IMG/VR virus record: IMGVR_UViG_3300036766_000678
Location: 116,417 to 180,416 of that record
DNA length: 64,000 nucleotides
Strand: one strand, 5' to 3'
DNA from: a virus
In this document: positions 27,850 through 37,582 of the stretch, in pieces
Layout: each line of letters opens with the position of its first letter
Position numbering within the stretch: position 1 is the stretch's first letter
Notes under the pieces: generated by a model
The model's database searches: none
What the model saw: only the letters and a program-made list of their open reading frames with translations
Told to the model about the DNA's origin: nothing
Position numbers and translations under genes: made by a program

Positions 27850-29898
27850 TTACAAAAGTCCTTTCAAATAGGTATTAGCTAATTCTACAAGCTTTTTAGG
27901 ATCAATTTTCTCAAGATTCTTCACACTATCTACTGCATAAGCCAAACTTCTATCTTTATCATGGCCTTTTTTAACAGCACTTGCAAAATTATTAAGGGCT
28001 ATGTTATAAGTTGGAGATCCTGTAGAAGCAGCAATTTGATCTTGTTGATCTTGTGTTAATAATTGTTCTTCTGCATTCTTAACAATATTTAATTCTTTCT
28101 TACTAAAAGCTGGCAAGCCTACTGTAATTTCTTCCATAGTTTGTAAATTAAAAATTGAACTTTGATTGTTTGCATTGGCCAACTGTAATGCTTCTTCTTT
28201 AGTTGGAACAGTATTTACAATATCTAAATAAATTTTATTTCCGTGCTTCCACGCAGCAAATGAATTATTTGGATCATTTAACAAATCTTGATTATTTATA
28301 ATATAACCCTCGATAACATCAAAATCCACACTATCTACAATTTGTTCTTTATCTTTATGTGTGCTAACTGCAAACATAGGTGTATTAATTAAATTTCCTT
28401 TTTGCAAATTATAAGTAACCCCACCAGTTTGTTCAATTAAATATAAGATATCGTTAACAACTTTACCAGAAACATCAGCTTTCTTTTTTAATTCTTTTTT
28501 AGATATCTTCTTTGATGCAGCAATATTATCCCAAGGTTCTGCATCTTTATCAGCTTGGCCACTAGGCATCCACGTATCAGAAGGCCACTGGCCATCTCTT
28601 TGTTTTCCTAAATCAGTTGGGCTATCATAAAACGAGTGGCCAGCATCGGAGTTCCGTTCTTGTTCTTCAGATTCAGCAGAACTGTATTTGCTTAAGTCTA
28701 AAGCCTTTCTTGTAGCCTCATCGAAAGATAATTTAGACTTATCCATAAACTCTATTATTTTACTTTTATAATCTACATGAACAGGTTTAAAACCTTTTTG
28801 CTCTAAAATTTGTAATACTTTATCTAGAGAAAGACCTTTCTTTTTAGAATCTATTTGTATTTTAAATTGTTCTAGTTTATATTTAGTGTCTGTCTTTAAA
28901 TTGACAATATCTTCATCAGTAAGTTGGGGGGCTTGATCTCTAATAAATTGAACAACTTGGCTCCAACGTATACCTTTTTGGAAAAAGTATTCTTGAATAA
29001 CATCTTCTCCAATAGATATTGCTAATGCATGATCTGTTTCGGGTGAAGCTTGTTTCTCTTCTGAAGCTTCAGTATTTTTCCATGATTCATAGGCTGTCTC
29101 ATTCCAAGGGCGCATACCAAAATAAGTTGTATTACGTTGGGCTGGCCATTTTTCATCTCTCAAATCCCCTTGAACTTTCTTTTCAGGTAATTTCTTAATA
29201 AGCCATTCTCGTGGGATATTATATTTTTCTGTGGCAAGAGTCCAAATCTTAGCTGCCAAATCTCCAATATCATCGACGGTAACGAAGGGGAAAGATTCTG
29301 CTAATTGCTTAATTTCGACGGGAGGCACACCAGCTTTGACCACCGTAGTTATCAATTTCATTAACCATTGGTATTCAGGTGAATATTTAGAAATCTCTTG
29401 CTGGCCTCTTCCTGGATCATAAGTAGAAATTGGCTCACCAAGCTCATCTGCTCTAAGAAGTTTCGCATTCTTAATTCGTGTAATATGCTGTTTAATTTGT
29501 TCTTTTTTGGTTGGGTCTATCTCTTTAGAAAGTTGATCTAAAAGTTCATCAAGCTTTTTCTTTTTATCTAAAATAGGCAATTGTTCTATAGAAAATTCTC
29601 CTGGAAGAGCTTCATCTCGTTTAACGGTATTAAACCAAGCATAGGCTAATTCTTTCCAATTAACAATATCATTCCCAGGAGCATCTAACCAAACTCTTCT
29701 AATATCTGGAGTATTTCTTTCTAATGTTTCTTGCATCCAAAAATAAAGCTCATCTTCATTTTTAAGAGAATTGGCAGCAAGAATTACTTCATGCATTACA
29801 TTGGGGTGAGAAACAATGTAATCATTAACTCGTTTGGTTACTTGATTTGAATATTCTTTCAAATCAGCTTTGATGTCTTTTTTGGAAAATTTATGCAT
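27850..29898 (-). CDS. Large mosaic protein, probable virion cargo
   Basis: SKKDIKA, EKQAS, SKKELKKKA, VKNAE sites; module GGVTYNL...AAW..IYLDI...EEALQLA..NQSSIFNL. Confidence 0.5.
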   Translation of the reverse strand: MHKFSKKDIKADLKEYSNQVTKRVNDYIVSHPNVMHEVILAANSLKNEDELYFWMQETLERNTPDIRRVWLDAPGNDIVNWKELAYAWFNTVKRDEALPGEFSIEQLPILDKKKKLDELLDQLSKEIDPTKKEQIKQHITRIKNAKLLRADELGEPISTYDPGRGQQEISKYSPEYQWLMKLITTVVKAGVPPVEIKQLAESFPFVTVDDIGDLAAKIWTLATEKYNIPREWLIKKLPEKKVQGDLRDEKWPAQRNTTYFGMRPWNETAYESWKNTEASEEKQASPETDHALAISIGEDVIQEYFFQKGIRWSQVVQFIRDQAPQLTDEDIVNLKTDTKYKLEQFKIQIDSKKKGLSLDKVLQILEQKGFKPVHVDYKSKIIEFMDKSKLSFDEATRKALDLSKYSSAESEEQERNSDAGHSFYDSPTDLGKQRDGQWPSDTWMPSGQADKDAEPWDNIAASKKISKKELKKKADVSGKVVNDILYLIEQTGGVTYNLQKGNLINTPMFAVSTHKDKEQIVDSVDFDVIEGYIINNQDLLNDPNNSFAAWKHGNKIYLDIVNTVPTKEEALQLANANNQSSIFNLQTMEEITVGLPAFSKKELNIVKNAEEQLLTQDQQDQIAASTGSPTYNIALNNFASAVKKGHDKDRSLAYAVDSVKNLEKIDPKKLVELANTYLKGLL

Positions 29899-29903
29899 GG
29901 GAA

Positions 29904-31751
29904 TTACATCCCGTAGGAAGATCCACTACCTGGAGTTTTAGTTTTCTTTAGCCATCTTTTTTGTGTTTCATCCCAAAAAGATTCTATATTTGGGTCGGGA
30001 TCGGGAGGAGGGGGGGTTTGCAAACTATCTGCTTTAACTTCTTTTGTTGATTCTTTCTCTACTTCTTTTTCTTCTAATTCTTTAACTAAAGAAGAGTGTT
30101 CTGGTTCAACTTTCTCTTCTTCAGAAAGTTTAGGGGTAATATTAAGCTTTTCTTCTACAGACCAAAGAAGATTTTCCATTTCTTCAATTGCGGGATGAAC
30201 ATCTTGTTCAACATCGTTACCTTGAAGTTTTGTTTCCAAGAGGTCGATGCCCATTGTAAGATCACTAAGCAGTTCTGGTATATCTAGTTCTGAATTATCT
30301 TGTTCTCCATTACCAGCTTCTTTAGGTAAAGGATTAGATTGAAGTCTTTCTTGAACTTGAGTCATTCTATCTCGTAGTCCTTGAACTTGTGTATGTAATT
30401 CTTGATAAGGATCTACAAGGACTTCAGCTTTCAACCCTAATCCAGCATCACAAGCATGTGGATTTACAAGGGCTTCTTTCTTACTGAAAGGTCGTAATGA
30501 CCCTTTCATATGCTTTATTCGCTCCACTTCTGCCAATCTTTTTTCAGCAGCAGCTCTATTGGAAAAACATCCTCCACTCCAATTTTTATTTTTAGGAGAA
30601 CGAACACACCATTTGCCATTTTCTTCTACAATAATAGCTACTTTATTTAATGAACTTTCCATCTCCATATCTTCTTGCTCTCGTTCTTTACGAGCATTTG
30701 GGCAACCTGTTTCATGGCAGAATACACCGTTAATCATAGCTGCTTCACATTGGTCACAGCCACGAGCGTTCTTTTCAGTAGCAGCATTAACATCCATTCT
30801 TTGATTGGGAAGAACTGGAGGAAGCTTAGTTGGAAGTTGCGGAGTAATTTGTTGTTTAAGAGCTTCTACACTAAATCGTCCACATGTAGGACATTTCTCA
30901 TTTTCTTTTCCTGCAAAATTTCCATGACAATCTGGGCAATCTTTTTCTGCGGTTACATCTGGATTAAGCGATTCTGGTGTAGCAGGAGGTTGAGTAGTGG
31001 AATTATCATGAGTAGGTAATATTGCATTCTTTTTTTCCCAGTGGACACCAGCCATGGGGCACTCAATCAAAACTTCAGTCTCATGCATTGCCAATACCTT
31101 GTCCGTATGACCTTCATGGGGCACAGATTGGCCTTCCTGCCCTATAATATTCACTTTTGAAGCTGGAATCCATCCACGAACTCCGTTGCTTAATTCAGCA
31201 AATTTGACTTGTTTCCTATCTTTTGAAGTAGACAAGATAACAATCTTAGAACCCTTCTCTAAGAAGGCTACTTTCTCTGTTAATTTCCCCTGTTTAAATC
31301 CATGCGTTAATTCATTCTGAATTGCAAGCTTAAGCTCAGCTTCAGACCACTGTTTACCATTGGCTGGCTTAATGTGCATTACTTTCTTACCTGTATTATC
31401 TGACACATCGTAACCAATTGAGGAATCTTTTACGATGGGGGTTACATTCCACTCACGATTAAAAGCAGATACTTTTACAGGAGCACCACCAGGTTGTTTA
31501 ACTACATCCGGTTTGTGCGTAACTCTATGAGCATTATATTCATTCCAATCATCAAATTCTTGTTGGCAAATTGCACAGGTATTTTTTGCTTCTGTTTCTA
31601 ACTCTGCCTTATTTTTGATATATTCTTGTTTTAAATTCGTTATTTGTTTTAATTCCTCTGTTAAAGAAAGATCTTTGTTAGATGCAATCTTAAGTAGTTC
31701 TGAGGTCATCCAATCTAAATTTTTTAAATAAGCTTCTTTTTTATAACTCAT
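29904..31751 (-). CDS. Large mosaic protein, probable virion cargo (start taken at MSYKKEAY)
   Basis: Short Cys modules CAIC, CPDC..CPTC, CDQCEAAMINGVFCHETGCPN, KWCVRS...GCF...AEKRL, separated by KxA sites. Confidence 0.5.
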   Translation of the reverse strand: MSYKKEAYLKNLDWMTSELLKIASNKDLSLTEELKQITNLKQEYIKNKAELETEAKNTCAICQQEFDDWNEYNAHRVTHKPDVVKQPGGAPVKVSAFNREWNVTPIVKDSSIGYDVSDNTGKKVMHIKPANGKQWSEAELKLAIQNELTHGFKQGKLTEKVAFLEKGSKIVILSTSKDRKQVKFAELSNGVRGWIPASKVNIIGQEGQSVPHEGHTDKVLAMHETEVLIECPMAGVHWEKKNAILPTHDNSTTQPPATPESLNPDVTAEKDCPDCHGNFAGKENEKCPTCGRFSVEALKQQITPQLPTKLPPVLPNQRMDVNAATEKNARGCDQCEAAMINGVFCHETGCPNARKEREQEDMEMESSLNKVAIIVEENGKWCVRSPKNKNWSGGCFSNRAAAEKRLAEVERIKHMKGSLRPFSKKEALVNPHACDAGLGLKAEVLVDPYQELHTQVQGLRDRMTQVQERLQSNPLPKEAGNGEQDNSELDIPELLSDLTMGIDLLETKLQGNDVEQDVHPAIEEMENLLWSVEEKLNITPKLSEEEKVEPEHSSLVKELEEKEVEKESTKEVKADSLQTPPPPDPDPNIESFWDETQKRWLKKTKTPGSGSSYGM

Positions 31752-32557
31752 TTTAATTGTTCCTTTAATCCTGCTTCGATCAATATTTTTTCGTAAAATT
31801 TGGTTGCTTCCATTGGTGTACATTTATTTTTCTTTGTACTATTGGCTAAATGAGTCATATACTGTAAATTCCAAATAACATGTAAACCAAATACCCCAGC
31901 AGCTTGAAGAGGAATAACATGGTCCCCAGTCATACCTTTAGGTTTATTTCTATAAAATTCCTGCATCCCTTCCTGACCCCAAGATACTTCTCTTAATTTG
32001 CGTTGTTCATCCTGTCTTAATTTAATTAAGGCTTCAATTTCGGGATGATCTTTTCTCCATTTCTTGTTTCTAATTTTAGATTCTTCTTTATGTTCTTGAT
32101 TATATTTTCTATGTTTAACTAAAAGCTCATCTCTATTATTTTCATAATGTTCTTTACTTCTTTCTTGCATTTTTTCTTTGTGTTCAATAACATAAATTTT
32201 TAAATATTCTTCTCTACAAATATTGCAACAACCATCCTTTCTTCCACAAATAAATGTGTCATGTCCATTAAGACAAATTTGTTTTAATCTAGAATCTTTA
32301 GAAGGATCTTTCCGCCTTTCAATTCCTTTTTCTTTTTTACATAGTATGCAACTACCATCACTATATGTACCGACTAGATCTTTATCATGTCCTTTAGGAC
32401 AAAATTGGACTTTAGATATTGGATGTGGAAGGTAGGTTCGTAAGTGATCTTCTAATTTACATTGTTTACAATTACCTGATTTAGTCCTACCTACTATAGA
32501 TATATCATGCCCACGAAGACAAAATTGTTTCTTAGAATGAACAATTGTTTTAGCCAT
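31748..32557 (-). CDS. HNH homing endonuclease with three CxxGHD zinc modules
   Basis: FCLRGHD, FCPKGHD, ICLNGHD; DHVIPLQAAGVFGLHVIWNLQY; paralog of 545..1111. Confidence 0.8.
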   Translation of the reverse strand: MAKTIVHSKKQFCLRGHDISIVGRTKSGNCKQCKLEDHLRTYLPHPISKVQFCPKGHDKDLVGTYSDGSCILCKKEKGIERRKDPSKDSRLKQICLNGHDTFICGRKDGCCNICREEYLKIYVIEHKEKMQERSKEHYENNRDELLVKHRKYNQEHKEESKIRNKKWRKDHPEIEALIKLRQDEQRKLREVSWGQEGMQEFYRNKPKGMTGDHVIPLQAAGVFGLHVIWNLQYMTHLANSTKKNKCTPMEATKFYEKILIEAGLKEQLK

Positions 32558-33534
32558 TATTTGTTTAAATCCCTCTTATCTGGTTCACTCCATTGACTCA
32601 TATATTCACTATTTCCAGGTTTACCATCTGAACTATAAGAAGCCCTATCATTTGGTGGAGTAAAATCCAACGCCACAAGCCTTTCAGTTCCACTTGGATG
32701 ATCTATCATGTCTGCTTCTTTACCAAATTTCTCAGCAATAGATTGTTCAAGATCTTTAATCTTTTGTTCAAGACGTGCAACCTCAACATGGTTGTGCCTA
32801 TCAAGTGCTGCTTTATGATCGTCTTTTAAATCTTTTAACATATCTATATAATTAGACTTGAGATCAGATGTTTTTTGAGGTTTACACTCAGGGCAATAAA
32901 CAGATTTATCTTCCCAACAAGGGCAATGTTCTGGTTTAGATTCTTCAGCAGAATGCTTCACTAAATCTGCCTGATAATAACCACCCGCAACATCTCTGTC
33001 TTTGAGCATTCCACTATCCCAAAACACGTACACAAGTCCAGCGGGGTTCTCCTCACTTGCGTCACAACGAATAACACGCCCAAGAGATTCAGATCCTCTT
33101 GCTGGTTTAACAACATCATCTTGTTTGAAACTTATAATAGCTGGACCTAATTTCTTTTCTACATTTTTAACAACTTCTTTTTTCTTAGTGTGGTCCATTG
33201 GTTTATATTCTTTATCCTTAAGAACTTCAGGCCAATTAGTTCCTGTTTCGGGCAATAAATCGGCAGATTCTTTATTTACTTCAGTTTCAGAAGTTTCTTT
33301 ACTACTTTCCACAGTTTCTTTAGTTTCTTCAGGTGCTGTTTCATTTTTAATCTCCTGTTTTAATTTTTTACGATCTTCTTTCTTTTTCTTGGCTTTCTCA
33401 TAATGGGCTTCGGCAGTTTCAATAGCATCTAAAGTCTCTTTATAACCTTTAGGATCTTTAGAAGGAGTAAGCTTTTTCAAACTTTTTTTAAGTTCCTGTA
33501 ATTGCGTGTAGATTCCCGAAATTTTTTCAAGCAT
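32557..33534 (-). CDS. Charged mosaic protein, probable virion protein
   Basis: MLEKISG leader; NKESA, QKTSD, GKEAD sites. Confidence 0.45.
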   Translation of the reverse strand: MLEKISGIYTQLQELKKSLKKLTPSKDPKGYKETLDAIETAEAHYEKAKKKKEDRKKLKQEIKNETAPEETKETVESSKETSETEVNKESADLLPETGTNWPEVLKDKEYKPMDHTKKKEVVKNVEKKLGPAIISFKQDDVVKPARGSESLGRVIRCDASEENPAGLVYVFWDSGMLKDRDVAGGYYQADLVKHSAEESKPEHCPCWEDKSVYCPECKPQKTSDLKSNYIDMLKDLKDDHKAALDRHNHVEVARLEQKIKDLEQSIAEKFGKEADMIDHPSGTERLVALDFTPPNDRASYSSDGKPGNSEYMSQWSEPDKRDLNK

Positions 33535-33549
33535 ATTTTTATCCTCTTA

Positions 33550-33750
33550 TTAAGAAAACTCTTTCTCCAAATCCAATATATTCACAAAAGCTGTACTACC
33601 ATCTATAAAATTTTGTAAAATAGCTTCTACTGCTACTCCATTATCTATCCAACCCATTACTATCCAATTAACTTTAATATCAAGTTCAGGATGCCCTGAT
33701 ACAGAGACCAATTCCCCTATACGAATTTCACGGCCCAAATGATCTTGCAT
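33550..33750 (-). CDS. Hypothetical protein
   Basis: Short ORF in the same operon. Confidence 0.45.
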   Translation of the reverse strand: MQDHLGREIRIGELVSVSGHPELDIKVNWIVMGWIDNGVAVEAILQNFIDGSTAFVNILDLEKEFS

Positions 33751-33768
33751 GGGAATATACCTGCTATT

Positions 33769-35034
33769 TTATAGTTGTGTCCAAGCACCACTTACTCTAG
33801 CATAAATTCCAGGGGTATTGTCTGTTTGATAAATCATCAAACCATCAGCAGGAGTAGCTATTGCATTTCTTTCTGTCATTGTCATACGAGGCGGGAGAAA
33901 TCCCTGTGTAGTTGATGTTATATCAAGAATAGCTGAGGTATTTGGAGTACTTGTGTTAATACCGATATTCCCCGCTGCTTTCATATACAATAAACCATTT
34001 GGGCCACTTCCTGAAGTTAATTGTAAATCTACTATGGAAGTCAAAGTTCCAATACTTGTGCCAAAATTATAATTAAGAGAAAGTCCTTCAATAGTAACAT
34101 CATTATTAGCAAAGGTCAGAAAAGTATTTCCTGAAGCTACACCAGTTGAAATAATAGAAATTGCAGATAAGGCTTGTACTTTACTATTAATTAAACTAAA
34201 TGTTCCAGAAGGAATAGCACCAACACCTAATTTTGAATTAGCACTATCAAAAATAAAATTAGCGGAGGCACCAAATGCTCCAGAATTATTAAATTGAACT
34301 TGAGTATTAGCTCCAGCTGCATTTATTACTGGAGTAGTCATTGAAAGCCAATTTGTAGATATACCTGTTAATGTTGCATTTGAGAAAGTAACTTGTGGTA
34401 TACCAACATTTCCACCTTGTGTATTTATTGTAACTCGAATATTTGTTGCTGTTAGTGAAATTACTCCAGCAACAGGAGTAACAGGACCCCCATTAGAAGC
34501 ACCACCAGAATAAGTATTTGTCCCATCAAACATTGTTAAACCAATAGTTGGAATAGACCCACCTGGATAAGCAACGTTAACAGTAAAACTAACGGTTTGT
34601 CCTCTATATTGAGTAGCTGGAATATCTTGGTAAAAAGCACAATTATTAAGTACAAAGGCAGTACGAGCAACAGCAAAAACTGGATTAGGACCAGCTGATG
34701 GGTAACGTGCATATTCTGGAGCACCAAACTGAGTAGGACTTGCATACCAATGATCTGCTAATTGTGTATTTGGTGCTGGACTTTGAAAATCTGTTCCTTG
34801 ATTCCAGGCAGAAAAATCTCCATTAAGAAGTCCTGCTGGAGCACCAATATATACTTCTGGCTCACCTATAGTTGTATTATAAATCTGCATACCCGCTAAA
34901 GGACTACTAATTGCGTCTCTTTGAGTTGTATCTAATCTAGGAAAAAGTAATCCACTAGATGTGGAATTTGAAGTGATTGACCCTTCTGTGGTGATACTTC
35001 CATCTGTACTATTTACTGAATAAAGTGAGCCCAT
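33769..35034 (-). CDS. Fibre/surface-type structural protein
   Basis: Gly/Ser/Thr/Asn-rich beta-like sequence; two copies of a G[LF]LxPR[LM]...R[DN]AI..P..G[ML]xIY module, at the N- and C-termini. Confidence 0.55.
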   Translation of the reverse strand: MGSLYSVNSTDGSITTEGSITSNSTSSGLLFPRLDTTQRDAISSPLAGMQIYNTTIGEPEVYIGAPAGLLNGDFSAWNQGTDFQSPAPNTQLADHWYASPTQFGAPEYARYPSAGPNPVFAVARTAFVLNNCAFYQDIPATQYRGQTVSFTVNVAYPGGSIPTIGLTMFDGTNTYSGGASNGGPVTPVAGVISLTATNIRVTINTQGGNVGIPQVTFSNATLTGISTNWLSMTTPVINAAGANTQVQFNNSGAFGASANFIFDSANSKLGVGAIPSGTFSLINSKVQALSAISIISTGVASGNTFLTFANNDVTIEGLSLNYNFGTSIGTLTSIVDLQLTSGSGPNGLLYMKAAGNIGINTSTPNTSAILDITSTTQGFLPPRMTMTERNAIATPADGLMIYQTDNTPGIYARVSGAWTQL

Positions 35035-35065
35035 AATATTTTACCTTTTGATATATTTGATATGA

Positions 35066-36574
35066 TTATTTCTTTTGGAGTTCTTTTTCCAAATCTTCTT
35101 CGGACTCTTTCATGTTGGTGGGAATGTTATCTACTCTGGCGATACTTTCAATTCCTGTAGCTGGATCGGTTACAATTTTCCAGGGGCTCTGCACTTCCGC
35201 AGACTTATTTAGTTCAGCTACTTTAGCAATTACTTCTGCTTTAGAAGCATGAGATTGAATTTCTGGTTGTGCCTTTGCATAAGATATTCCACAAGCTTCA
35301 CAAGACATATTATCTTTGACTCCGTTAGAAAGATCCCGACCCTCTGATCCACATACGGGGCAACTACCACAATGAGATTCAGTTTTTAGAGAAGATTCTG
35401 CAAATTTAGAAGTAAAATGTTCAGCAATCTCAACCCAATCAACTTCTGCCAATGCCCAATTAATCATATCATCCCATAAAGATGCACCGAGATCTGGTTT
35501 AGCTTCCTCAACCAAATTCTTTAATGATTCTGCTAATTGATTTGGATCTTGAATTGTCTGGGCCATTTCAGCAGAAACTGCATTAAGTCCCTGATCATTA
35601 TCAAGCCACAATGCAACTTGCCATGTCTCAGAATTTTTCCAGCCCTGATAATCCGCTTTCTTATTTAAATTAGCATTTACGAACATTTTGGGTGTATCGA
35701 AACGACAAATTGTATAACTTTTGCCATTTGCGGTTATAATAAATCTTTCACCTTCTGTAGCAGTAATTTCATAATCTCCACCAGCACTTAAAATTGTGCC
35801 TTCTTTTGACATCACACTCCTGGCGAGAGTTATCTTGTTTCCTATTTTTAACTCGTCTGGATCTCTCACTAGAAAAGCATCTACTTTTAAAGAGGCTTTC
35901 TTATCCTGTGGTTCACCTGGTTGCTTTGTCACGTCTTGCCTTTCCTCAGCTTCACGACCATTACCTGCACCAGCTTGGGTTGTCTTCTCTTTGTCAGAGA
36001 TAACGAAATCTTTATCTTTGGCTTCTTTTCCTTCCCAATTCTGCTTACCTGTTTCTGGCTTAGCCCCAGAAAAAATATCCTTTTCTTTAGGTTCTTCTGG
36101 CTTAGCTTCTTTAGTGTACTTATCAAAAGATTTTTGCCAATCTAACTGGGCAGACATTCCAACGTGTTCGAGAACTTCCTTCTCGCACTTCTCACGACTA
36201 GAGGCCACATCACGCTTCGCCTTTTCTTTTAACTCGACAGCCATTTCTGGGAGGTTTTGAGCTTTCTCTCCCCTAATATTCATTAGCCATTCTGCGAGAG
36301 CATAATCACTCAAGATCTTAACACTTTTTTCATAATCTTTCTTAAGAGTATCTTCAACAGTATCAAAAGAGGAATATGCAGCCGTTTTCCCCAAAGCTTT
36401 TGCTTCTGCTTCTAGATTAGCATTGTATTCTTTGTCAACTTGATCTGCATCAATTTTCATTGATTCTTGAAGCCACGTACTGGCTTTAACCTTTTTATCA
36501 AATTCAGTCTGAGCATCAGTCTGCTCTGCTTCAATCTCAATCTTATTATTCAAAAATTTATTAAGCCATTCCAT
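35066..36574 (-). CDS. Mosaic protein, probable virion cargo
   Basis: GKTAAY, DKKAS, NKKAD, NKSAE sites; module YQGWKNSETWQVALWLDND; zinc ribbon. Confidence 0.5.
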   Translation of the reverse strand: MEWLNKFLNNKIEIEAEQTDAQTEFDKKVKASTWLQESMKIDADQVDKEYNANLEAEAKALGKTAAYSSFDTVEDTLKKDYEKSVKILSDYALAEWLMNIRGEKAQNLPEMAVELKEKAKRDVASSREKCEKEVLEHVGMSAQLDWQKSFDKYTKEAKPEEPKEKDIFSGAKPETGKQNWEGKEAKDKDFVISDKEKTTQAGAGNGREAEERQDVTKQPGEPQDKKASLKVDAFLVRDPDELKIGNKITLARSVMSKEGTILSAGGDYEITATEGERFIITANGKSYTICRFDTPKMFVNANLNKKADYQGWKNSETWQVALWLDNDQGLNAVSAEMAQTIQDPNQLAESLKNLVEEAKPDLGASLWDDMINWALAEVDWVEIAEHFTSKFAESSLKTESHCGSCPVCGSEGRDLSNGVKDNMSCEACGISYAKAQPEIQSHASKAEVIAKVAELNKSAEVQSPWKIVTDPATGIESIARVDNIPTNMKESEEDLEKELQKK

Positions 36575-36584
36575 AGTAATCTCC

Positions 36585-36779
36585 TTAAATTTTACTTCTA
36601 TATTTGTCTAAAATCTGTTTATTGTATTTTTCTTCGAGATACTTCAAATTATCTGGAACAAATCCAGCATTACAATTTTCCCAAGTTCCTGCTACACCAC
36701 AATACCAACAATAAATATGTGGGTTATTTTGATGTACTCTTTTGTCATGCCCACATCTACAAGGAAAGTTTTCGTTCAT
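36585..36779 (-). CDS. Small Cys/His protein with DNLxYLE tag
   Basis: CRCGHDKRVH...FVPDNLKYLEEKY. Confidence 0.75.
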   Translation of the reverse strand: MNENFPCRCGHDKRVHQNNPHIYCWYCGVAGTWENCNAGFVPDNLKYLEEKYNKQILDKYRSKI

Positions 36780-36963
36780 ATATTTGTTTGAAAAAAGCTA
36801 AGTTATCACCTTTAAACTCAACACACAAACAAAAGTTACAAAAAACATCAGAGTCTAAAAATCGTCTCGCATGTTTTTTAAATTCCTTAGAGGAGTGAAC
36901 ATGCAAATATTTCTTATGCCCACAAATACAAGGGAAGTTAGTATCCAAAATCAAGATCCCCAT
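36757..36963 (-). CDS. Small Cys/His protein with a variant tag (start reassigned to MGILIL)
   Basis: CICGHKKYLH...CLCVEFKGDNLAFFKQIY; the upstream part of the long ORF call overlaps a separate ORF at 36938..37114. Confidence 0.7.
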   Translation of the reverse strand: MGILILDTNFPCICGHKKYLHVHSSKEFKKHARRFLDSDVFCNFCLCVEFKGDNLAFFKQIYERKLSL

Positions 36964-37114
36964 TTTCCTCTTCAGCTTCTTCAAGAGCTTTTTGGATCTC
37001 AGCCTTTGTACTAGATCTTTTATAAGTATTTTTCTTTGGAATTTCGATCTTTGTAGCAGGATTGAAGTCACCTTTATTAGGCCAACTTTTTCTTATTTTT
37101 ATTTCGTCGTTCAT
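36938..37114 (-). CDS. 58-aa hypothetical protein (below the ORF-track cutoff)
   Basis: MNDEIKIRKSWPNKGDFNPATKIEIPKK...GDLDFGY; overlaps both neighbours in operon style. Confidence 0.5.
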   Translation of the reverse strand: MNDEIKIRKSWPNKGDFNPATKIEIPKKNTYKRSSTKAEIQKALEEAEEENGDLDFGY

Positions 37115-37322
37115 TTTCTAACTTTTCCTCATATTTCTTTTCTAAATATTTTAAATTATCTTTCGGTCTATATTTTTTGCACTTACAATCTCGATCAAAA
37201 TTATTCCCCGTTAAACCAGTACATTTATCATTGTGAGCTTGTTCTGAATGTAAACATTTACAAACATCTTCGCCCCAACAAAGAAGTTCTCTAAGATTAG
37301 AATTTAAAGCTCGTTCTTTCAT
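37077..37322 (-). CDS. Small Cys/His protein with DNLxYLE tag
   Basis: CKCLHSEQAH...CKCKKYRPKDNLKYLEKKY. Confidence 0.75.
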   Translation of the reverse strand: MKERALNSNLRELLCWGEDVCKCLHSEQAHNDKCTGLTGNNFDRDCKCKKYRPKDNLKYLEKKYEEKLENERRNKNKKKLA

Positions 37323-37349
37323 TATTATCTACTTATAAATGCATTGCAC

Positions 37350-37394
37350 AAACAATAATCCCTAATATAACTCATTTTAGTTATATTTTTACAT
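37350..37394 (-). promoter_or_regulatory. Conserved intergenic element, copy 3
   Basis: Same ATGTAAAAATATAACTAAAA core; here it forms a perfect inverted repeat AATATAACT-N6-AGTTATATT. Confidence 0.55.
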
Positions 37395-37573
37395 TAATAT
37401 TTAATCTTATCTACTTTACTATTATAAAGCCATTCAAGATATTCAAGGTTAGTCATGCTCTCATACCAAACACATTTACATTTTTTATCTTCACAACGAT
37501 ATTTGGGATCTTTAGGGAAATACAGCATATGGTATTGTTTATGGCCACAAGTTTTACAGGGCATTTTAAACAT
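37394..37573 (-). CDS. 59-aa Cys/His protein with DNLxYLE tag (not in the ORF track)
   Basis: MFKMPCKTCGHKQYH...CKCVWYESMTNLEYLEWLYNSKVDKIKY. Confidence 0.75.
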   Translation of the reverse strand: MFKMPCKTCGHKQYHMLYFPKDPKYRCEDKKCKCVWYESMTNLEYLEWLYNSKVDKIKY

Positions 37574-37582
37574 TGTTATTTA

